64,000 nucleotides of DNA, from positions 15,934,001 through 15,998,000 of the forward strand of contig OX597821.1 of the NCBI GenBank assembly GCA_951406725.2, in the 5' to 3' direction. Position numbers and translations under genes: made by a program. This stretch comes from Octopus vulgaris (taxonomy: Eukaryota). Within the stretch, counting starts at the first letter, position 1, and every line of letters starts with the position of its first letter. Positions 55,153 through 64,000 of the stretch are shown one piece after another. A model generated the notes under the pieces. The model ran no database searches and was not told the DNA's origin. It saw only the letters and a list, made by a program, of their open reading frames with translations.

Positions 55153-57186
55153 ATTGTCTATACATTAAGGATATGATCATTTAGCTACACCATTTCGGAT
55201 TATGTCGTCGGCGACTAAATCATCAACGTCTAGAGTGAACTAGTACTACAGAATCATTGTGAATAACAGATAAAACCAGCTTATGGTAACACTCAATAAT
55301 CACAGTATTTGCTTTGTTTTAGTATATTTTACAAACGGCGCATGACACCTGCATGATATTGTACTGACCCTGTCTTTTTTATGAATACCTTAGAACTCTT
55401 CATTGCATGTTAATATATATGGTCGCATTAGGTTGTCAAGTATCATTAGATTATCGTTTAGGTGGGTCAAAAGTAGCCGTTTTGCGCTTAACAAGCAATA
55501 TCAATCGGGAGCAAAGCAGCGGCAGCGCAAGTGATACCCAAGGTGTTGTTGTCCTAGAGGTGGTTTATCTTTTCTTCATGCAGACCGTATCCTTACTGCT
55601 TATACCTTATGAAATTGGTAGTTACAACCTATACAGTATTTATGTGATCATAATTATTGTCAACGTATTATATTAAAAATAACATTATACGTAGATATAT
55701 TATTAATTTCTTCTAGTATAAATTCTGTCTTCTTTGTGATTTACTGAATATTTTTAAATGGCATGGAATAAATAAACGCATATACACTAAAACAAGGAAT
55801 TATAAAGAATAGCTGTATTTTCTCTGTTATTTTATTTAATAAATTTACGAACACTCATAAATTACATGCAACATATTATATTACAGTAAATTACTGCATA
55901 AGATATACAAAAAACATTCGTATGTCCAGCTATAATTCATATTTATAGTTTGATATCAATATCTCCCATTATTTTAAGACAATGACATATCCTACTGCTT
56001 GTGAATTTATACATTAATGTTTATATCTGCTCACTAGTATGAACAACAATTATTGAATGTAAAGGAGATACATTAGCTGAATATGTATAAGTATATATCT
56101 AGAAATATTTTGGCTTCAGTAAATATATCTCATACTACGAACCATGTGAATATAGAAGTTTATATCTGCCTCATGAGTGTAATTTGATAATTTCAGTTTA
56201 GGAACAAATCAAAAGAGATTGGTAATAATAGTACCCCAGATAATAAAATAGATTGTTGTTTCCTGTGTAAAAATATTTTTGTCTTCGCTTAGATAAAGAT
56301 CATTTATATTGTAGCTTCGAAACAAAGAAACGTTCCTCTTAATTACACTGAAGGAACCATCACACCATTGAAATCTAAAATTTATTAGATGGATAATGGC
56401 GGATCAATTTAAACTACAGAGAACAGATTCAGCCAAAAACACTGCCTACGCCCATGGACAGACGGAGAGGAGTTATTGTAAACCATTGGCCAAGTACTCT
56501 ATAACAATATCACATTCCACTTAACATTTACAGTAAAAAAAAACAATTTGTAGAATTTTTACATTGAGACCTATATGAAAACAGTTTATATTTTTATTGC
56601 TATATCTACATTAGAATACACTTTAAGCGGCGACATAATAACAAAATCTATATTTCGATATAAAAATATGGTAACAAATAACAATAATAATTATGTTCTA
56701 AAATTTAAACAAAATTCTAAAAAGAATACGAAAAGTATACAAAATAAAATAGACGCATGTATCGTATGTGAGATTCATTTCTCACATACGATATATGCAA
56801 TTGTTTAACTCTGGAAACATTTGCGCTTCAAACATTGAACTTGGCGGCTGGAATTTCGAAATATACTACTACCCAAAGCATGAGAATTAAGTTTAATGTT
56901 TTTAAAATACTCTTATTTTCTTACTCTACAACAAAACGGATGCTGCAGAACTTTCTACTAAATTATTTCGGTATACATTGTTAATAGAGTCATGAGGAAA
57001 CTATTATAGCTAATCACTTCGATAAATACATTATATAAGTTTTATATCAGGGACATCATCAGAAACTATTTAACTAATACATTGCAATTTATTGTTGAAG
57101 GGAAAATAATTTCTTTCCGTTTCATCATCGCACTGTCTGCATACTTGTGAATAACATATATCATATATATGTGTGTGGGTGAGTGA

Positions 57187-57224
<38 letters not shown>

Positions 57225-57503
57225 ATGTCTCTCTCTCACACTCGCTCTCTCACTCATCATATATATATATATATATATATATAGTTCCTACATGCATAGA
57301 AGTCCTAAAGGCATCTAGATGCCCTGGTCATTAGGGAACATATTATTGTATCGGAAAATTATATAACTAGATAGATTAGAGAGTTTCCTGGAGAGCCATT
57401 GTGTAGTATCTATATGCATCTGTAACTTATATCAGTTGGAAAAAGCTTGTAGGAATTTTTATATAAAACTCTGTATATCTTGAGTTATCCTATATATATA
57501 CAT

Positions 57504-57916
57504 AGGCGCAGGAGTGACTGTGTGGTAAGTAGCTTGCTAACCAACCACATGGTTCTGGGTTCAGTCCCACTGCGTGGCATCTTGGGCAAGTGTCTTCTGC
57601 TATAGCCCTGGGCCGACCAATGCCTTGTGAGTGGATTTGGTAGACGGAAACTGAAAGAAGCCTGTCGTATATATGTATATATATATATGTGTGTGTGTGT
57701 TTGTGTGTCTGTCCCCCTAGCATTGCTTGACAACCGATGCTGGTTTGTTTACGTCCCCGTCACCTAGCGGTTCGGCAAAAGAGACCGATAGAATGAGTAC
57801 TGAGCTTACAAAGAATAAGTCCTGGGGTCAAGTTGCTCGATTAAAGGTGGTGCTCCAGCCTGGCCGCAGTGAAATGACTGAAACAAGTAAAAGAGTAAAA
57901 GAGAGTAAAGAGAGAG
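57504..57916 (+). mobile_element. Full-length SINE family 1
   Basis: Near-identical to 4471-4880. Confidence 0.9.
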
Positions 57917-59524
57917 ATATAAACGTATTGTAATAAGGTTCGCAACAGTCATACAGACTATCAGGCAGGCAGATGTTTTGATGTTTTGATAGTTACATAA
58001 GCATAACGAGCAACATTTTATTACATCGAATATGTCAAAAAGAGAACTACATTAAATTGAAATCCAGTATGCTCCAAACTACAATATCACAGTTTGCATT
58101 CTTAACTGTTACGAAATTAAAAGAACTGATTTCTTTAAGAAGAAATAGGTAAAATTGAAAAATAACATCATATGCAATAGAATTTTGAATATGAATGGTA
58201 ACTTGAGAATATAAATTCCAAAAGTTATATTACAAATAATTGACAAAAATTAATTTGGTCTCTGCTCAAAGGAAACATGTAATAATAATAACAGACATAT
58301 CTCAACAATGTGTATATTCAAACACAAGGCACCATTTTAAGTTTGAATACAAAAGCATGCTAAATTTACTTTTCTCTCTTTCTGTTACTCTCCCTCACTC
58401 ACTCACTATCTCCATGCATGCAGATAGATAGGTAGATAAAGATAGATTGATTGATAAATAGATATATACATACATACATACAGATATAAACTTAAAAATA
58501 TATTTAAACCATTAATATTATAGAAACCTATACGTGCATATATATATATATATAAATATATAATACGTATGAAAATTTACACATTTATATATATTTGTGT
58601 GTGTGTATGTGTGTATATCTATATGTATATACATATACACACGCATATTTATGTGTACACATCCATGTATACATATATATATATATATATATTCATAAAT
58701 ATATATGTGTATGTATGTATATTTATATGTGTGGGTGTCTGTAAATACGTTCGTGTATGTGTGTGTGTGTGTATAAAATTCAGGCTATTCAAAATTTCAT
58801 GCTATAATTTCACTTCTTTCCTTGCACCTTGTATAGACTTAACATCAAATATCATGAGTATGCATTGTATGCAGTAAACTAAATAAATGTATGTTGACAA
58901 GATTATAACAATATATTTTGTTAAAATATTTGAAATAGAAATTACTTTCAATATTTGAAACTCTGCTGACATTCACTCCGAATTCCGATTCATATTCTCT
59001 TCGAAATTTCTTGACATATGCATAGATCCATACTTCATAATAACAATAGGCCTTACTAATGCCGCGTGTAATAATTTTGTAGGTTAATTGTCTATTGACG
59101 CTATGAAAATGTGCCTGTCTTCTATCGAATTAAGTCTGGTAGAATATAATCACTTGGATATAAGAAAACTTCGATGACAATAGGAGGCGAAAGGAATTTA
59201 AAATGTATTGTAAATATATTTATTAAGCAAAAACTGGTACGTGTGTAAGCGGTTAATAATCTAAGTAACTAAAATCGCAACCATACATACAAAATATGTT
59301 ATGCATGTTTCTAATCACTCAATATTATTCGAAATATGCAAACCTCTGACATTGCCGATGCAAGAGATTCATGGTGAATGCATTATGCATTTCAATGTAG
59401 AGACTTTATAATTTGTATAACTCTTGTTAAATGGTGTTCTTATAATAATGCATAGTTACTGATGCATTATTTCTAACATATTCTAAGAAACATCTATCAA
59501 AATACAAAACCATTAATACTGGTT

Positions 59525-59700
59525 TTAAGCTTTGGCACATGGCCAGCAACATCCGGGCGATGAAGTACTCAACTGATAGTTATTTTATCAACCCCACAAG
59601 GATAACATGAAAATTTAACCTCGGTTATATTTGAACTCACAACGTAAATACTGCGAAGCAATTTGCCCAGCGTGCGAATGATTCTGCCAGCTAGCAACCT
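59525..59700 (-). mobile_element. Old SINE family 2
   Basis: tttggcacatggccagca...ttttatcaacccc...atttgaactca...gattctgccagct. Confidence 0.6.
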
Positions 59701-60470
59701 TCGAGCCCACTAATATTAACAGGAAAAAGAAAACGATGGAAAAAACATGCAGTAAGACAGAGCGTTATGAAATTTATGATTTAGAAATTTTCTTATATGG
59801 CAAAAATTTCACATGGATTTATTTTAAATGGTTAACATTCTATACATTCATAGAAACAATCACATAGAATTTCGAAAAATAGCTGTATATGTCCTTTGTG
59901 TTTTATTTAACGAATTGATGAATGGGAATTTATCATACAATGCAAGAAAATTATAGTTAAGTAAATTGCACATTCAGCTGCAACAAATTCTCATATTTAT
60001 ATTTTAACGTAGTTCACCACCACCATTTCAAGACAATATCACATTCCACTTTTTCCAAAAGTTTGAATTATTGACTAAATATATTTACCATGCTAAACAA
60101 CAATGACAATTAATATATGGGAATTACATAAGCTAAAAATTATAATTTATAGCGTTAATGTTTCTGATTTCAAAATTTGTCTCTCAAAAACTTAAAATCA
60201 GGAGACGTATGTAACTTCAATGTTGTCTTTCTTTTAGAAAATATATTGCCTCAACTTAGATCCAAATGAAACGAGACTAGTGGTAATTGAGTTGCAGACA
60301 TAAAATTATTTTTAGTGAAATATTATCGACGGGTCTTCGCTACATAAGTATCAATATTTCAGACAGCGAAAATATATAACACAAACTAAAGTACATAATA
60401 ACTTAAAACTTATAATTATATAACTTAAATAGATATCTTCTCATAACTATTCTTTCGTCAATAGTACAAT

Positions 60471-60612
60471 ATTCTTTCCTGTGAACCTAATAATAAAATG
60501 TTCTTTCCTGTAAAACTAATAATAAAATGTTCTTTCCTGTAAAACTAATGATAACATGTTCTTTCCTGTAAACCTAATAATAAAATGTTCTTTCACTTAA
60601 ACCGAATAGAAA
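60471..60612. repeat. 29-bp minisatellite, ~4.5 copies
   Basis: Unit tgttctttcctgtaaaactaataataaaa. Confidence 0.9.
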
Positions 60613-60892
60613 ACAGTTAACTTATATGAGCATAGATCAGAATGACAAAGCTGTATACATTTTAACATGAATATGGCATATATATATATATATATAATCC
60701 AGTAAGTACAACTTCAGGATATGGCATAGAGAGTGTACTATAAGCAAACGAATATAAAATGAATCATCATATTGCTGGAATAATTAAATATATCTTCTAA
60801 ACAGTGTAAACCTAAGCATTGCTACAAGACTTATTGAGAATTTTAAAATATATAACGCAATTTGATTGAAGAACACGGTTACTTTGCATTTC

Positions 60893-60992
60893 NNNNNNNN
60901 NNNNNNNNNNNNNNNNNNNNNNNNNNNNNNNNNNNNNNNNNNNNNNNNNNNNNNNNNNNNNNNNNNNNNNNNNNNNNNNNNNNNNNNNNNNN
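60893..60992. other. Assembly gap (100 N)
   Basis: N run. Confidence 1.
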
Positions 60993-61176
60993 GTTTGTGT
61001 TTGTGTGTGTACCCCTACCATTGCTTGACAACCGATGCTGGTGTGTTTACGTCCACGCTATTTAGCGTTTCGGCAAATTGGACCGATAGACTAAGTACTG
61101 GGCTTACACCGAATAAGTCCTGGGGTCGATTTGCTTGACTAAAGGCGGTGCTCCAGCATGGCCGCAGTCAAATGAC
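60993..61176 (+). mobile_element. SINE family 1, 3' half
   Basis: Aligns to 4670-4856. Confidence 0.85.
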
Positions 61177-61227
61177 AAACATGTAAATGAGATATATATA
61201 TACATATATATATACATATATATATAC

Positions 61228-61259
<32 letters not shown>

Positions 61260-62169
61260 ATACATATACATTTATGCATATATATATATATATATACAGA
61301 TATAGATAGATAGATAGATATACATACATACAAACATGTGTGTGTAAATGAAAAATGTATGGTAAGTAAAGAAACGACATAACGTATACTTATTGTAAAA
61401 ATGAATGGAAGACAAAACAGAAGGTCCGTAATTCTTCATCAATTATGGACCAAAATGTAGTAATCAGTTTCGCACCTTTAACGATAAGACTGAGCGCTTT
61501 CTATTTGGCGGTGACCGCAAAAAAGTTTTCTTGCGGAGGATCAGATACGAGAGAAAACAAAACAAAATAAAGAAAACAACACTACAAGTTGGTAATACTG
61601 AGAACATATTTGAAATGTTTAAATTCAAATTATATAATTAGATATGGTTTAAGTCTTTAGAATTCCGTGCGATTCTTGAAATCTCTCTTTTAAGTATAAA
61701 CCAAACACCTCAGGTCGACAGAAAACCATCCAAAAATTTGATCTTTTAAACATAGAAAAGTTAACAGATATTTCTACATATAACAAATAGCTAAATTGTA
61801 TTTCTGCATTTAATTTTGATTGAATACGAAGCAAAGATTACATATGACCTATCTATAGCAATACGTACCTTAAATGTTACATTGTGATAATGATTTATAT
61901 AAATATACATAGAACTTATAAACGGTACGCACCTGAATACTTGTCGAAGCACACAATTTCATAATGTACACACATACACGAGTCCATTTATGAAATATTT
62001 ACAAAACCCAGTCCTTAGAAACGCTAAACACTAAAATAACGTCAAACAGCTGAATAAAAATTCTAAATATGTGCATAAATTTATTTATTTCTGAAAGTCT
62101 CATCTTCCTTTCCCTCTTTGTAAATTCAAAGAGCTATAATGATGAAACATTGCAGACAGTTCACCTGCA

Positions 62170-62660
62170 TTTCTGCCCCTGTGGAAATCAGGGATTGATT
62201 TTCTATCTCCATTCCTCTGCACCTAAGGGCCGCAATTCGTCACTTATTTTCATCTCAAACCTACCCTATACACTTTCACACACACACACCACCTTTCACT
62301 TACCCTCATCATCCATACAACTGTGCAGTACCGAACGCATCGCCCACGAACAAACATATACGCTCACACACATCTTCACATACACATGCGCGTTTGTCTC
62401 TCTCCCCGCTCGCTCTCCCTCTCCCTGTCTCTCTCCCACTCTCTATTCCTCCAGTTTCGTTTTCTTCTCATCCCTTTCTGTCGAAATACGTAGGCTCGAA
62501 ACGTCAAAGACTTTTCGCTTGTTCTCGATAATTTACCTGTTTGTTTTTCCCTCACTCGTCTCTGACTTTCGTTTTCTGTACATTGCCATGCGGGCAACAT
62601 ATATATTCCTCCCTGTGCCTGCCAAATCTCATGTCCCTGCCGTATGGCTTTATTTCCAGA
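62170..62660 (+). mobile_element. Penelope-like element 3' remnant (GIY-YIG C-terminal tail + pLTR-like segment with variant hammerhead)
   Basis: QGLIFYLHSSAPKGRNS resembles the PLE terminal motif (EQ.LIF.L.T..P.G.N); motif CUUU CUGUCGA...GCUC GAAA CGUC AAAG at 62474-62510. Confidence 0.55.
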
Positions 62661-62957
62661 CACAGCAGCTTAATTTAATACGTTCTTAGTGGAAATACAC
62701 CCATTGATAATATACTGATATTTGTATTCGTGTACCATTTCTTCCTTTTTACCGTCCTTGTTTTCGTATACATTCGCTGCTTTCTTTCAAGGATTCTAGT
62801 GATTTTAACATAGTTTTTACTTGGGATTGGCCAGATTGGAGCAATCTCGAGTATAACCAGTCGAAATTGCAAAGATAATGTGGAGCTCGACTGAGGAAAG
62901 TAAGCTCATAATGACCCGACCTTGTTTTCTTTGTGTCGTCTGTCTGATTTAAATATT

Positions 62958-63010
<53 letters not shown>

Positions 63011-63019
<9 letters not shown>

Positions 63020-63736
63020 TTAGAGATAAAACCACTATTAGGCAAATCAAACAGTGAAAAACATAAGCCAATAAAATTAATTTAAAAATATAAAAGATAA
63101 AAATAAATAAATATTTAAATAATTTAAACTTAAAAATTTTATATATATATATATATACAAACATATATATATATATGTATGCATGTATATTTTTATATTT
63201 ATATATTATTTTATTAATTAATTAATTTATTTATTTAGTTATTTATTTATTTTTTTAAAATATATCAAAAGTATTAAAAGTTTAATAAAAGATAAAGAGT
63301 AAAACACTACGATTGTACCAATTCAAATAACAATAATTTAAATTCAATTAATAATTCGAGTTATGGTTAACGTTATAATCGATTTTGATATAATCATAAT
63401 TGTTAAGTTTTAAGTTTCTAGTTTGATAATAAAGTTTACTATAAGGAAAATTATTATATTATTTATATCTTTAAAATATTGTTTAAATATTTCTGATTAT
63501 TTAAAAAATATTTCAATTAACCTGAAGATTGACTGTAACCATAACTTGAATTATTAATTGAATTTAAGTTATTCTTATTCGAATTGATACAGCCATGAAA
63601 CAATCGTAGTGTTTTACTCTTTATCTTTTATTAAACTTTTAATAATTTTGATATATTTAAAAAAAATTAATTAATTAATTAATAAATAAAATAATATATA
63701 AATATAAATATATACATACATATGTATATATACTTG

Positions 63737-63767
<31 letters not shown>

Positions 63768-63885
63768 TATAAGTTTAAATTATTTAAATATTTTTTATTT
63801 TTATATTTTAAATAAATTTTATGTATTGGCTTATGTTTTTCACTGTTTAATTTGCCTAATAGTGGTTTTATCTCAAATTTAATAT
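63011..63885. repeat. Fold-back element with ~300-bp inverted arms and a degenerate hammerhead at the inner edge of the right arm
   Basis: Arms 63011-63316 and 63600-63885 (gagataaaaccactattaggcaaa / tttgcctaatagtggttttatctc); CUGAAGA 63522-28, GAAA 63597-600, GUA 63606-08. Confidence 0.88.
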
Positions 63886-64000
63886 AATATAATATATTTA
63901 TACTATAAAATTGGATTTACTCCCTAATATTATTATTATATATATATATATATATATACTAAGCAATAAAGGGTTTGGCAACGAATTGCCTTACCACATA

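Noticed and set aside
55407-55676. 89-aa ORF or possible exon
   Set aside because: No recognisable domain; candidate minus-strand splice frames all contain stops
60471-60612. CRISPR-like array of 29-bp repeats
   Set aside because: Head-to-tail units without unique spacers, eukaryotic context and no cas genes: a minisatellite

Overview
AT-rich eukaryotic (animal) intergenic or intronic DNA. The SINE families resemble those of Octopus (my inference from recalled repeat sequences). There are two 100-N gaps and no confidently identifiable host gene. The window is dominated by retroelements and very long, impure (TA)n tracts; almost all long 'IYIYIY' ORFs are microsatellite artefacts. Contents: (1) three related APE-RT LINEs (A 10890-14325 +, decayed; B 26265-30020 -, frameshifted and running into a gap; C 30797-35446 +, near-intact), each next to TA tracts. 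ORF1 carries CCCH zinc fingers in all three, plus an N-terminal Myb/SANT-like (trihelix) domain in B and C. All three have a slippery heptamer (one U short in C) at the homologous ORF1 position whose -1 frame runs into ORF2, suggesting a Myb-CCCH-APE-RT fusion that targets TA microsatellites. (2) A Gypsy-type 5' LTR with a tRNA-Leu PBS and a gag-like remnant. (3) Dong/R4-type RLE LINE fragments next to (TAA)n. (4) Several tRNA-derived SINE families, one sharing a covarying 3' hairpin with the LINEs. (5) A set of type I hammerhead ribozyme motifs (one fully intact at 15723-15801, the rest degenerate or with variant cores), mostly inside fold-back/inverted-repeat elements resembling Penelope-like pLTR derivatives, including a tRNA-headed element family. 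All alignments and folds were done by eye.
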